This document shows, one piece after another, positions 29,719-39,823 of a stretch of 64,000 nt of DNA. The stretch comes from Solirubrobacteraceae bacterium (GTDB lineage: Bacteria; Actinomycetota; Thermoleophilia; Solirubrobacterales; Solirubrobacteraceae), in contig DATJYY010000158.1 in assembly GCA_035499395.1 (NCBI GenBank), forward strand, positions 4,222-68,221. Reading direction: 5' to 3'. The notes under the pieces are model-generated. The model worked only from the letters and a program-made list of their open reading frames with translations, was not told where the DNA came from and made no database searches. The first letter of the stretch is position 1; the number at the start of each line of letters is the position of its first letter. The translations under genes were made by a program, and so were the position numbers.

Positions 29719-31382
29719 GCAGCGAACCGCTCGGAGCCGGGCTCGAGGAGACGGTCGACCGGAACGGCGCGTTTCCGCGGCTCGGCGACGAGCAGCGGAT
29801 TCGGCTGCGCGCGGTTGGCGAGATGCGGAAGGTGGAGCCGGGCGAGGTCCTATTCCGTGAGGGACAGGCCGGCTTCGACTTCTTCCTGATCGAGTCGGGC
29901 GCGGTCGTGATCGTCCAGGGCTACGGGCACGAGAACCGGATCATCGCCGTCCAGGGCGCCCACCGGTTCCTAGGCGAGATCAATCTGCTGACCGGCTCGC
30001 CGCCGTATCTGTCCGCGGTCGTGCGCGACCCCGGCGAGGTCATCCAGATCCCGGCGCGGCGGCTGCGTCAGCTCGTCAGCGAGGACGAGGAGCTCAGCAA
30101 CATCGTCCTCCGCGCGTACCTCGCGCGGCGCGAGATCCTGATCGGCTTGGGTGCTGGGGTGAAGCTGGTCGGGTCGCGCTATTCGCAGTGCACGCGCCGC
30201 CTTCGCGAATTCCTGGCCCGCAACCGGATGCCGTTCCAGTGGATGGACCTCGAGGACGACGAGGATGCCGACGCGCTCTTGCGGGCGCTCGGGGTCGACG
30301 CCGCCGACACGCCGGTCCTGATCAGCGGCGACGGCGTCCTGCGCAACCCGAGCAACGCGGAGGTCGCGAGGCTCCTCGGCTTCGGGTCTCGCGGCGCCCC
30401 GCCACCGATGTGCGATCTCGTGATCGTCGGCGCCGGCCCGGCCGGTCTCGCCGCGGCCGTCTACGGGGCCTCTGAGGGGCTCGACACCCAGGTGATCGAC
30501 AAGATCGCGTTCGGTGGCCAGGCCAGCACCTCGGCCCGGATCGAGAACTACCTGGGCTTCCCGACCGGGATCTCGGGCAGTGAGCTTGCCGAGCGGGCGA
30601 TTCTGCAGGCCCGCCGGTTCGGCGCCCGCATGGTCGTGCCCGCCCAGGCGATCGGCCTCTCACACGAGGACGGACACTTCACGGTCGAGCTCGCGGATGA
30701 GTCGGTGGTCCACGGGCGCACCGTGATCGTCGCCACGGGTGCCCAGTACCGAAAGCTCGACCTGCCCGAGCTCGAGCGGTTCGAGGGCGTCGGCGTCTAC
30801 TACGCCGCCACCCAAGCGGAGGCGCAGATGTGCGCGGGCGATCCGGTCGTGATCGTGGGCGGCGGCAACTCGGCCGGCCAGGCGGCGATGTTCCTCTCGC
30901 GACACGCCGAGAGTTGCCACCTGATGATCCGGGCGGGCGATCTCGGGAAGTCGATGTCGCGGTATCTGATCGAGGAGCTCGGTCAGCGTCCCCAGGTCGA
31001 GCTGATGACCTACACCGAAATCGTCGAGCTGAAGGGCGAGACCGAGCTCGAGGCGGTCGTCGTCGTCGACAAGCGAACCGGCGAACCGCGCGAGCTCGCG
31101 GCCAGGGCCCTGTTCGTCTTCATCGGCGCCGATCCCCACACCGACTGGCTCCGGGGTCAGGTCGCCGCGGACGAACACTCTTTTCTGATCACTGGGCGGG
31201 ATCTGCGTGGCGAGGACCTCGACCTGCATGAGGACCGCCGTCCGCTGTTCCTCGAGACGAGCCGCCCGGGCATCTTCGCGGTTGGCGACGTCCACTCGGG
31301 CTCGGTCAAACGGGTCGCATCTGCGGTCGGGGAGGGCTCGATGGCGGTCCGGCTGGTGCACCAGCGCATGGCGAGCCTATAA
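29715..31382 (+). CDS. cNMP-binding-domain thioredoxin-reductase-like FAD oxidoreductase
   Basis: N-terminal cNMP domain; GAGPAGL, IENYLGFP, GGGNSAGQ, GDVHSGSVKRVASAVGEG; no redox CxxC. Confidence 0.88.
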   Translation: MSSEPLGAGLEETVDRNGAFPRLGDEQRIRLRAVGEMRKVEPGEVLFREGQAGFDFFLIESGAVVIVQGYGHENRIIAVQGAHRFLGEINLLTGSPPYLSAVVRDPGEVIQIPARRLRQLVSEDEELSNIVLRAYLARREILIGLGAGVKLVGSRYSQCTRRLREFLARNRMPFQWMDLEDDEDADALLRALGVDAADTPVLISGDGVLRNPSNAEVARLLGFGSRGAPPPMCDLVIVGAGPAGLAAAVYGASEGLDTQVIDKIAFGGQASTSARIENYLGFPTGISGSELAERAILQARRFGARMVVPAQAIGLSHEDGHFTVELADESVVHGRTVIVATGAQYRKLDLPELERFEGVGVYYAATQAEAQMCAGDPVVIVGGGNSAGQAAMFLSRHAESCHLMIRAGDLGKSMSRYLIEELGQRPQVELMTYTEIVELKGETELEAVVVVDKRTGEPRELAARALFVFIGADPHTDWLRGQVAADEHSFLITGRDLRGEDLDLHEDRRPLFLETSRPGIFAVGDVHSGSVKRVASAVGEGSMAVRLVHQRMASL

Positions 31383-31494
31383 CCAGTTGTTCTTGTTTTC
31401 GGCCGTGAGATGGATCAGGATTGGCGCCAGGCCACAGCCTCTTCCTGCCGGGGGGGCGGTTCAGTGTCCAGGGCCTGATCGGTGAGGTGACCGG

Positions 31495-33057
31495 ATGAGA
31501 ACGAACAAGAATCTCGTACTGGCCGCGATGGTGTTCGCCGTTGCGATGACGTTCATCGACCAGACGATCGTCGCGATCGCGATTCCGAACATCCAGAAGC
31601 AGCTGTCGCTGTCCCCGACCGGCACCCAGTGGGTGATCAACGGGTACCTGCTCGCGCTGTCAGCGCTGTTCGCGTTCGGAGGAAAGCTCGGGGACGTGCT
31701 CGGCCGCAAGCGGATGGTGCTGATCGGCGTGACCGGCTTCGCGATCGCGTCGGCCGCGTGCGGGCTCACGCCCAAGGGCTCTATCGCCGAGCCGTGGATC
31801 ATCTTCTTCCGGGTCGTCCAGGGCGCGACGGCCGCGCTGTTGTTCCCGGCCGCAGTCGCGATCGTGGTGGCCTCGTTCCCGCTGCGCGAGCGCGGCAAGG
31901 CGATGGCGATCTTCTTCGGCATCTCCGGTGGGCTGACCGCGATCGGGCCGATTGCCGGCGGCTTCCTCACGCAGTGGACCTGGCGGGCGATCTTCTGGAT
32001 CAACATCCCGGTGGCGATCATCGCCGTCGTCCTGACCCAGATCTCTTGCCCGGATGACGCGCCGCGGCCGCAGCCGCTCGACTATCGCGGGACGGCTCTG
32101 ATCACGGGCGGGATGGGCTTGACGGTGCTCGGGTTCGAGCAGTCGAGCGTGTGGGGGTGGAGCAGCGCGGCGACATGGATCTGCGTGATCGTCGGCCTGC
32201 TGCTGATGGTCGTATTCGTCCGCTTCGAGCTCGGACTCAAATACCCGTTGTTGCGGCTCCAGATCTTCGCCGACCGTGGGTTCGCGACCGACACGCTCAT
32301 CCTCGGGCTGATGTCGATCGTGTTCGTCCCTTTCTTCTTCTTCGGGAGCGTCTATGCCCAGGTCGCGCTCGGTAAGAACTCCTCCCAGGCCGGCGAGTAC
32401 ATCCTCTGGTTCTTCATCGGGTTTGTGATCATGGCTCAGGTCGGCGGCCGCATGTTGGACCGGCGCGGCGTGAGGCCAGCGGTCGTCCTCGGCGGCGCGC
32501 TCGGAGCGGTCGGGTTCTTCCTGCTCGCCGGGAAGCTGACCGACCTGTCACTCGGCGCGCAGAGCCTGTACATCGCCATCGCCGGCGGTGGCCTCGGGCT
32601 GATGCTCGGCCCGGCGAGCACCGACGCGGTCAACCGGGCTCCGAGCACCAGCTACAGCGAGGTCACCGGCATCACGCAGACCGCCCGGAACTTCGGCGCC
32701 AGCCTGGGGTTGGCGGTCCTCGGCGCGATTCTGATCAGCCGGAACGACACGAACGTCACCGCCGCGCTCACCAAGCACGGCGTTCCCAACGGCGTGGCTC
32801 ACCGGGTCGCCGCGTCGTTCAGCGCGAGCGGCGCCGGGTCGAACTCTGGCTCGGGGCGGTCCCCGGCGCTGATCCACAGCGTGCAACTCGCATTCGCCCA
32901 TTCGACGCAGACCGTCTTCTACATCATGGCCGGCGTGATGGTGGTGACATTCATCGTCGCGGTTCGGTGGCTGCCACGCGGGCGAGTCGAGTCCGTCGAC
33001 GACGAGGATGAGTTCACCGCCCCCGTCGCAGCGCCCGAGGGCACGGCGATTCGATGA
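31495..33057 (+). CDS. MFS transporter, DHA2 family
   Basis: IDQTIVAIAIP, GGKLGDVLGRK, WRAIFWINIP. Confidence 0.9.
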   Translation: MRTNKNLVLAAMVFAVAMTFIDQTIVAIAIPNIQKQLSLSPTGTQWVINGYLLALSALFAFGGKLGDVLGRKRMVLIGVTGFAIASAACGLTPKGSIAEPWIIFFRVVQGATAALLFPAAVAIVVASFPLRERGKAMAIFFGISGGLTAIGPIAGGFLTQWTWRAIFWINIPVAIIAVVLTQISCPDDAPRPQPLDYRGTALITGGMGLTVLGFEQSSVWGWSSAATWICVIVGLLLMVVFVRFELGLKYPLLRLQIFADRGFATDTLILGLMSIVFVPFFFFGSVYAQVALGKNSSQAGEYILWFFIGFVIMAQVGGRMLDRRGVRPAVVLGGALGAVGFFLLAGKLTDLSLGAQSLYIAIAGGGLGLMLGPASTDAVNRAPSTSYSEVTGITQTARNFGASLGLAVLGAILISRNDTNVTAALTKHGVPNGVAHRVAASFSASGAGSNSGSGRSPALIHSVQLAFAHSTQTVFYIMAGVMVVTFIVAVRWLPRGRVESVDDEDEFTAPVAAPEGTAIR

Positions 33058-33440
33058 GCGACGATCAGCTCGTGACCAAGGTCAGCCCGGTGTCGGTCGC
33101 GGACACCGTGGCGCGCTTCTCCGATGTGCTGGCAGCGAAGGGCGTCAAGCTGTTCGCCGTGATCGACCACAGCGGCGAGGCCGAGCGCGCTGGCCTCGAG
33201 TTGCGCGACACCAAGGTGGTGATCTTCGGGGCCCCGAAAGCGGGGACGCCGGTCATGCAGGCGGTGCCCGTCGCGGCGCTCGACCTGCCGCTCAAGGTGC
33301 TCGTGTGGGACGACGAGGGCCAGACCAAACTCACCTATACCGCACCGGCCGCGCTCGCCGCCCGCTACGGCCTCAGCGACGATCTGTCGGACAGGCTCGC
33401 CGCGATCGACCCGCTGACCAACGCGGTTATCGCGGGTTAG
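33054..33440 (+). CDS. DUF302-domain protein
   Basis: FAVIDHS..A..AGLEL, FGAPKAGTPVMQ, LDLPLKVLVW. Confidence 0.88.
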   Translation: MSDDQLVTKVSPVSVADTVARFSDVLAAKGVKLFAVIDHSGEAERAGLELRDTKVVIFGAPKAGTPVMQAVPVAALDLPLKVLVWDDEGQTKLTYTAPAALAARYGLSDDLSDRLAAIDPLTNAVIAG

Positions 33441-33456
33441 GTCCCGCCTGTGGTGG

Positions 33457-34062
33457 TCAGACGGCGTCCGCGAGCGCCCGCCGGCGTGCCGGCACGGCTG
33501 CCCGCGCCTCGAGCTCGGACCGCAGCTGCCCGACCAGTGGCGAGTCCGCGAGATGGGCCTCGAGCATCTCCAGGCAGCGGCGGTAGTGCGCCAGCCGGCG
33601 CTGTCGGGTTCGGGACTCGGTCTCCGCCTCGCTGTCCGGCCCGTCGACCGGGAGCTCGCGCACCTTCGAGACCTTGTCGGCGGCGAACACCATCATTGCC
33701 TCGGTTCCCGCCGCCTCCGCCTGGCGGCGCAGTGCCGCCTTGCGCGTCGCGTAGCCACTGATGTGGTCGTCCTCGGTGACGGCCGCCACCAGCGCCGCGG
33801 TCCGCTTTCCGAAGCGCCGGCGTAGCTGCGCCGTATCGGTGTCGCTCTTCTCGATCGAATCGTGCAGGACCCCGGCAGCGATCACGTCGTCGGGGGCGCC
33901 GGCGTCGAACAGCAGCAGCCCGACCTCGATCGGATGGGCGATGAACGGAGCCCCGTCGGCGTCGCGCAGCTGGCCGGCGTGCAGCTGCTCCGCGTACTCA
34001 AGGGCGGCGCGGGACCTCGGCAAGCCCGCTACCAGATCGCGAAAGCGTCGTCCACTCCTCAC
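33457..34062 (-). CDS. HD-domain protein (RelA/SpoT hydrolase / Mesh1-like)
   Basis: HAGQLR..DGAPFIAHPIEV, AGVLHDSIEK, ADKVSK. Confidence 0.82.
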   Translation of the reverse strand: MRSGRRFRDLVAGLPRSRAALEYAEQLHAGQLRDADGAPFIAHPIEVGLLLFDAGAPDDVIAAGVLHDSIEKSDTDTAQLRRRFGKRTAALVAAVTEDDHISGYATRKAALRRQAEAAGTEAMMVFAADKVSKVRELPVDGPDSEAETESRTRQRRLAHYRRCLEMLEAHLADSPLVGQLRSELEARAAVPARRRALADAV

Positions 34063-34150
34063 GAGGGCGAGGAGTGTATGCGACCGTGCAATTTACGAGC
34101 AAAATCTTTACTGCATTTGCACGAGCGTTGGCCGAAAACCCCGGCGGCGC

Positions 34151-36235
34151 CTACGACGGAGTCGCCACCTCGCGTTCCGGCACGGGCGTCGCCTCTGGTG
34201 CCGGCTCGGGTTCCGGCACGGGCGCCGGCGGAATCTTCACGCCAGCGGCGGCGTAAGCGGCGCCCGCATCGAGCGTCTCGGCCATCAGCAAAGCCTTTGA
34301 GAGGCTGTCGAGCTGCGCGCGGTGGCTGGTCAGCAGCTTGGTGACGGCCGCATGTGCCTCCTCGACAATCCTCTGCACCTCCTGATCGACCAGCCACTGG
34401 GTCTGCGGCGAGGTCTCGCTCGCGCCGGGCAGCAGCGGCCCGGACCCGTCGCTGGGCAGCACCGTGATCGGCCCGAGCTTCTCGCTCATCCCCCACCGTC
34501 CGACCATCTGACGCGCGATCTGGGTCAGCTGCTGAATGTCCGACTCGGCCCCGGTTGTGATCTTGCCGTACACGACCTCCTCCGCGACGCGGCCGCCGAG
34601 TGCGACCCTGATCTTGGCGTCGAGTTCCTCCACTGAGTAGGAGACGCGGTCGGCATCGGGTGTCGACAGCGTCACGCCCAAGGCTTGCCCGCGCGGGATG
34701 ATCGAGACCTTGCGGACGGGGTCGGCTCCCGGCGTCAGCATCCCGACGAGCGCGTGACCGGACTCGTGGTAAGCCGTCCGCTCGCGGTCGGCGCGGCTCA
34801 GCATGATCCCGCGCGGCGCACCCAGCAGGATCTTCTCGAGCGAATCGGTGAAGTCCGCCTGTTGCACCTTGTCGTGGCCGCGGCGGGCGGCCAGCAGTGC
34901 CGCCTCGTTGCAGAGGTTTGCGAGGTCGGCTCCGACCATGCCGGGGGTCGAGGAGGCGAGCCCGCCGAGGTCGACGTCGTCCGCGAGCGGGATCGAACGC
35001 GTGTGGACCTGGAGGATCTTCACCCGTCCCGCGCGGTCCGGGGGCTGCACGGCCACTCGCCTGTCAAACCGTCCGGGCCGGAGCAGCGCCGGATCGAGGA
35101 TCTCGGGCCGGTTCGTCGCCCCGAGCACGATGACCGCCTGGTTCGACTCGAACCCGTCCATCTCGGTGAGGATCTGGTCGAGCGTCTGCTCGCGCTCGTC
35201 GTTGGCGCCCGTGATCTGGGCCGAGCCCTGCCGGGAGCGGCCGATCGCATCGAGCTCATCAATGAAGATGATCGCGGGGGCGGCCTCCTTGGCCTTCGCG
35301 AACAGATCCCTCACGCGCGCGGCGCCGACCCCGACGATCGCCTCGATGAACTCCGAGGCGGCGATCGAGAAGAACGCGGCGTGCGCCTCGCCGGCGACCG
35401 CGCGGGCGAGCAGCGTCTTGCCGGTCCCGGGCGGGCCGAACAGGAGCACGCCGTGCGGCGTTCGCCCACCGAGCTTCTGATAGCGCTCGGGGTTCTTGAG
35501 GAAGTCGACGATCTCGGTAAGCTCCGCCTTCGCCTCGTCGATCCCGGCGACGTCGTCGAACGTCACCCGGATCGACTGGGGATCGACCCGTCGCGCCTGC
35601 GAGCGGCCGAAGTTGCCAAGCCCGCCGAGTCCACCCCCGCCGGCCCTCATAGCGCGCCGGGCGATGAAGTAGATGACCGCAAACAGCAGAAGCGTCGGAC
35701 CGAAGCCGACCAGGAGCTCGGTCAGTAGCGACGTGCCCGGGTTGGGGTTCTTGGCGTTGACCTCGACCTTCTCGGAGGTCAAGAGGTCGGTTAGCTGGTT
35801 GGTGTTCCAGAACGACGGGACCTGGGTCGCGAACAGATCCGTCGGTGTTGCTTTCGAGTCGTTGGGCGGATACTTGAGCTTCTCCTTGAACGTGCCTTGT
35901 ATCGCGCCGCTCCGGGACGAAATCGACTTGACCTTGCCCGCCTCGAGTTGCTGGATGAAGTACGGGCTGAACGGGACCGTCACTCGCTGGAGCTCGCCCG
36001 GCTGGCTGATCAGCACGAACAGCCAGTTGATCGCCAGCAGCCCGATGAGCAGCAGCCAGAAGCCGCGGAGACGGTGGGGCGGCGTCGGCTTGTGCTCGTC
36101 GGGCATCCCGCGGCCGTCGGGCGCCGGCGCGACCCGCCAGCCGCCCTTGTCCCGCGGCATCGGGGCGGGCGGGACCGCCTTGTCGGGGCCTTGCGACGGC
36201 CCTGAGGAAAGATTCGAGTCGGCCACGACACTCAT
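34151..36235 (-). CDS. ftsH: ATP-dependent zinc metalloprotease FtsH
   Basis: Two TMs, [33 protein letters not shown]. Confidence 0.95.
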   Translation of the reverse strand: MSVVADSNLSSGPSQGPDKAVPPAPMPRDKGGWRVAPAPDGRGMPDEHKPTPPHRLRGFWLLLIGLLAINWLFVLISQPGELQRVTVPFSPYFIQQLEAGKVKSISSRSGAIQGTFKEKLKYPPNDSKATPTDLFATQVPSFWNTNQLTDLLTSEKVEVNAKNPNPGTSLLTELLVGFGPTLLLFAVIYFIARRAMRAGGGGLGGLGNFGRSQARRVDPQSIRVTFDDVAGIDEAKAELTEIVDFLKNPERYQKLGGRTPHGVLLFGPPGTGKTLLARAVAGEAHAAFFSIAASEFIEAIVGVGAARVRDLFAKAKEAAPAIIFIDELDAIGRSRQGSAQITGANDEREQTLDQILTEMDGFESNQAVIVLGATNRPEILDPALLRPGRFDRRVAVQPPDRAGRVKILQVHTRSIPLADDVDLGGLASSTPGMVGADLANLCNEAALLAARRGHDKVQQADFTDSLEKILLGAPRGIMLSRADRERTAYHESGHALVGMLTPGADPVRKVSIIPRGQALGVTLSTPDADRVSYSVEELDAKIRVALGGRVAEEVVYGKITTGAESDIQQLTQIARQMVGRWGMSEKLGPITVLPSDGSGPLLPGASETSPQTQWLVDQEVQRIVEEAHAAVTKLLTSHRAQLDSLSKALLMAETLDAGAAYAAAGVKIPPAPVPEPEPAPEATPVPEREVATPS

Positions 36236-36350
36236 TCTCGCGCCTATGCCGATCGCGCGTAAACATGTTCCCGGGCAGTCGCTCGTCGTTAAGCTGGAGC
36301 CCGCGGGACGCCGCCGGAGCTCACCGAACCACCGAGCAGGAGGCAGAGAC

Positions 36351-36851
36351 ATGGCTTCAACAACGCAGGGCGCACATCTTCCCGCCCTGGGCACCCATCA
36401 GCGCGAGGAGGTCGGCAGCCAGCTACAGGCGATGCTGGTGGAGCTGATCGACCTTGCGCTCGTCGGCAAGCAGCTCCATTGGAACGTCACCGGGCCGCTG
36501 TTCCGTCCGTTGCACGAGCAACTGGACGAGCTCGTCGACTCGTGGCGGGAGCTCTCAGACGTGGTCGCCGAACGCGCCGTCGCCCTCGGCTATGCGCCCG
36601 ACGGCCAGAGCGGCGCGGTCGCAGCCGTGACCGAGCTCAAGCCGATCGCGCGGGGCGCGCTCGAAGACCACGTTGTGATCCGCGAGCTGAGCGAGCGGTT
36701 GAACGACGTGGCCGATCGCGCCCGGGAGCGGATGGACCGCCTGGGCGAGATCGACGCCGCCTCGCAGGACGTGATCATCGAGGTCGTTCGCGCGCTCGAG
36801 CAGCAGCTGTGGATGATCCGAGTCCAGTTCGGGTCGGCGGTCCAGAGCTGA
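36351..36851 (+). CDS. dps: Dps-family ferritin-like protein
   Basis: [27 protein letters not shown]; AGGAGG RBS. Confidence 0.92.
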   Translation: MASTTQGAHLPALGTHQREEVGSQLQAMLVELIDLALVGKQLHWNVTGPLFRPLHEQLDELVDSWRELSDVVAERAVALGYAPDGQSGAVAAVTELKPIARGALEDHVVIRELSERLNDVADRARERMDRLGEIDAASQDVIIEVVRALEQQLWMIRVQFGSAVQS

Positions 36852-37456
36852 TGTCACCGGTCTCGCGTGGGTTTCTCGGGCGGCGACGCCCCGTCGCGGA
36901 CCCGTCGCGGCTGCCGCCCGGGCAGTACCTCGAGACCGGGTTTCCGGTGCTGTCGGCGGGGCCGACGCCGCACACGCCGCTTGACGAGTGGAGTTTCCTG
37001 ATCAACGGCGAGGTCGACCAGCCGGTGTCGTGGCCGTGGAAGGACTTCCTCGACCTACCGGCGGAGGACATCACGGTCGATATCCACTGCGTCACGAAGT
37101 GGTCGAAGTTCGACACCCACTGGAAGGGGGTGTCGGTCGACACCCTGTTCGAGCACGTCAACAGCGAGGCCGCCTACCTGACCGCCTGGTCCGACGGCGG
37201 TTATACGACAAACCTGCCCCGAGATCACGTGAGCGACGGCAAGGCGTGGGTGGCATACGAGTACGACGGGCAGCCTCTGCACCCCGAGCACGGTGGCCCG
37301 GCGCGACTCCTGGTCCCGCACCTGTATTTCTGGAAGAGCGCGAAGTGGGTGCGGGGGCTGACGCTCACACTCGACGACGAGCCCGGGTTCTGGGAGAACT
37401 ACGGCTACCACAATCTCGGCGACCCATGGCTCGAGCAGCGCTACCAGGGAGACTGA
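36851..37456 (+). CDS. Sulfite-oxidase-like molybdopterin oxidoreductase
   Basis: RLPPGQY, DIHCVTKWS, EHGGPARL, YFWKSAKW. Confidence 0.9.
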   Translation: MSPVSRGFLGRRRPVADPSRLPPGQYLETGFPVLSAGPTPHTPLDEWSFLINGEVDQPVSWPWKDFLDLPAEDITVDIHCVTKWSKFDTHWKGVSVDTLFEHVNSEAAYLTAWSDGGYTTNLPRDHVSDGKAWVAYEYDGQPLHPEHGGPARLLVPHLYFWKSAKWVRGLTLTLDDEPGFWENYGYHNLGDPWLEQRYQGD

Positions 37457-38178
37457 CCTGGCAGCTCGTCTCCGTGGTCGAGCTTGTCGAGGAGTCCTCG
37501 CGCGCCAAGAGCCTCGTACTCGCAAAGCCCGATTGGCCGGGCGGGTACCGGTCCGGGCAACACGTCGACGTCCGATTGACCGCGGAGGACGGATACCAGG
37601 CGCAGCGCAGCTACTCGATCGGGTCCGCTCCGGAGGATGAGCATCTGATCTTGACCGTCGAGCGGCTCGACGACGGCGAGGTCTCGCCGTACCTCGTCGA
37701 CGTTCTCAGACCCGGCGACGAACTCGAGCTCCGGGGCCCGATCGGCGGCTACTTCGTTTGGGAGGAGGCGCTCGGGGGGCCGCTCGTGCTGGTCGCCGGG
37801 GGATCGGGCGTCGTCCCGCTTCGGTCGATGCTCCGGCACTGGGCGACCACCAATCGCGAGATCCCGGTCAGCTTGGTGTACTCGTCGCGGCGTCTGAGCG
37901 AGGTGATCTACCACGACGAGCTGCTCGGGTATGGTGCTCTTGACCGCGTCGACGTCCGGTTCGTGCTGACCCGGGAATGGCCTGACGATTGGCAGGGGCA
38001 TCGTGGCCGAATCGACCGGAACCTGATCGACGGGGTCGCCGGGGCCCCGGACGAGCATTCGCGGATCTATATCTGCGGACCGAATGCTTTCGTCGAGACT
38101 GCGGCCGGCTGGCTCGCTGAAGGCGGCCGCGACCCGGGCCGGATCAGAACCGAGCGGTTCGGGCCGACCGGTACCTGA
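37426..38178 (+). CDS. Ferredoxin-reductase-type FAD/NAD(P) oxidoreductase
   Basis: GQHVDVRLTAEDGYQAQRSYS, GGSGVVP, ICGP, TERFG. Confidence 0.9.
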   Translation: MARAALPGRLTWQLVSVVELVEESSRAKSLVLAKPDWPGGYRSGQHVDVRLTAEDGYQAQRSYSIGSAPEDEHLILTVERLDDGEVSPYLVDVLRPGDELELRGPIGGYFVWEEALGGPLVLVAGGSGVVPLRSMLRHWATTNREIPVSLVYSSRRLSEVIYHDELLGYGALDRVDVRFVLTREWPDDWQGHRGRIDRNLIDGVAGAPDEHSRIYICGPNAFVETAAGWLAEGGRDPGRIRTERFGPTGT

Positions 38179-38210
38179 GGGCCCTTCCCCGGGACGTTAA
38201 GATCGCTGCG

Positions 38211-38456
38211 TTGGAAGTTCGGATTCGGCTCAGCAGCAGCTTGGCGCGACTCGCGCCGGCTCCCATGCTGAGGCTCGAGCTTCCGAATGACGCCACCGTC
38301 GAGCAGCTTTACGACTGTCTCGCCGCCGCCAGACCGGAGCTCGGACCGGCGCTCTCCTCAGCACTGCCGCTTGTCGCGGGCGAGCACGTCGGGTGGGACC
38401 GCCGCCTCTGTCACGGCGAGGAGATTGCACTGCTGACCCCGCTGGCGGGAGGCTGA
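38211..38456 (+). CDS. MoaD/ThiS ubiquitin-like sulfur carrier
   Basis: 81 aa ending EIALLTPLAGG (C-terminal GG). Confidence 0.8.
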   Translation: MEVRIRLSSSLARLAPAPMLRLELPNDATVEQLYDCLAAARPELGPALSSALPLVAGEHVGWDRRLCHGEEIALLTPLAGG

Positions 38457-38493
38457 ACGCCGCCGCAATAAACGATTCGGAGGGAGTGAGAAA

Positions 38494-39819
38494 GTGGCCA
38501 TCGAACCAGCCGAAGCCCAGGAGGCCCACCAGACCGTGTTCGTCGACACCTTCACCGACGGTCTGCTCGGCCCCGAGGTGACGATGCTCGGACCGGTCGC
38601 CAACGGCGGGCACATCGTCTGGAACTCGACGCCGGGCTGCTGGGGACCGATGATCACGCCGTCGATCCGGGGTGGCCACGAGGTCAGCCGGCCGGTGGCG
38701 GTTGCGGACGCCGAGGTGGGAGACGCGATCGCGATCCGCATCAAGGACATCGAGGTCACCTCGCTTGCGACCGCGTCGGGCAACGACGAGCCGATGGAGG
38801 GCAGGTTCAACGGCGACCCGTACTGCGCTCCGGTGTGCCCGGGCTGCGGCGCCGAGTGGCCGCGAACGCGCGTCGAGGGCATCGGGCCGGAGTCGATCCG
38901 CTGCGTGAACTGCGGCGCCGACGCGACCCCGTTCACGTTCACGAACGGCTACACGATCGCGTTCGATGAGCTGCGCACGGTCGGGCTCACCGTGCCGCAG
39001 GAGGCGGCGGAGTCGTTCGCCCGTGAGGCTGCGCGGTTCGCGGCGTTGCCCGACAACTCCGTCCAGAACCCGATCCTGACGTTCGCCCCGCACGACATCG
39101 TCGCGCTGGCGACGCGGCTGCGCCCGTTCCTCGGGCAGATCGGGACGTCGCCGTCGACGACGATCCCGGACTCACACAACGCGGGCGACTTCGGCGCGTT
39201 CCTGATCGGCGCCCCCCATCGTTACGCGCTGACCGCCGAGGAGCTACAGGCGCACAAGACCGACGGGCACATGGACGTCGATGCGGTGCGCGCCGGCGCG
39301 ATCCTGATCTGTCCCGTCAAGCTTGCGGGTGGCGGCGTGTACCTCGGCGACATGCACGCCCTCCAGGGCGACGGCGAGATCGCGGGTCACACCTGCGACG
39401 TATCGGGCACGGTCACGCTCCAGGTCGAAGTGGTCAATGAGCTCGGAATCGATGGGCCGGTCCTGTTCCCGCTGGTCGAGGACCTGCCGTTCCTTGCCAA
39501 GCCGCTTACGCGTGACGAGCGGATGCGAGCTCGCGCGCTCGGTCGCCGGTACGGGATAGACGAACTGGAAGAGTCGATGCCGGTCTCGGTGATCGGCACC
39601 GGACCCGACCTCAACAGCGCCACCGACAACGGCCTGGCCCGGGCCGCAAAGCTCCTCGGGCTGTCGGTCCCGGAGGTAAAGAACCGCGCCACGATCGCCG
39701 GCGCGATCGAGATCGGCCGCGCCCCCGGCGTCGTTCAGGTGACGTTCCGGGCGCCGGCGGACCGACTCGAGGCGTGCGGGCTCTACCGCTACGCCGTCGA
39801 GCAGTACGGCGAGCAGTAG
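38494..39819 (+). CDS. Acetamidase/formamidase-family protein with CxxC..CxxC insert
   Basis: PGCWGPMITP, GGHEV, GDMHALQGDGEIAG; CPGC and CVNC. Confidence 0.82.
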   Translation: MAIEPAEAQEAHQTVFVDTFTDGLLGPEVTMLGPVANGGHIVWNSTPGCWGPMITPSIRGGHEVSRPVAVADAEVGDAIAIRIKDIEVTSLATASGNDEPMEGRFNGDPYCAPVCPGCGAEWPRTRVEGIGPESIRCVNCGADATPFTFTNGYTIAFDELRTVGLTVPQEAAESFAREAARFAALPDNSVQNPILTFAPHDIVALATRLRPFLGQIGTSPSTTIPDSHNAGDFGAFLIGAPHRYALTAEELQAHKTDGHMDVDAVRAGAILICPVKLAGGGVYLGDMHALQGDGEIAGHTCDVSGTVTLQVEVVNELGIDGPVLFPLVEDLPFLAKPLTRDERMRARALGRRYGIDELEESMPVSVIGTGPDLNSATDNGLARAAKLLGLSVPEVKNRATIAGAIEIGRAPGVVQVTFRAPADRLEACGLYRYAVEQYGEQ

Positions 39820-39823
39820 GCGC

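Noticed and set aside
34170-34230. Repeat GTTCCGGCACGGGCG, two copies
   Set aside because: Encodes the Pro/Glu-rich low-complexity tail of FtsH
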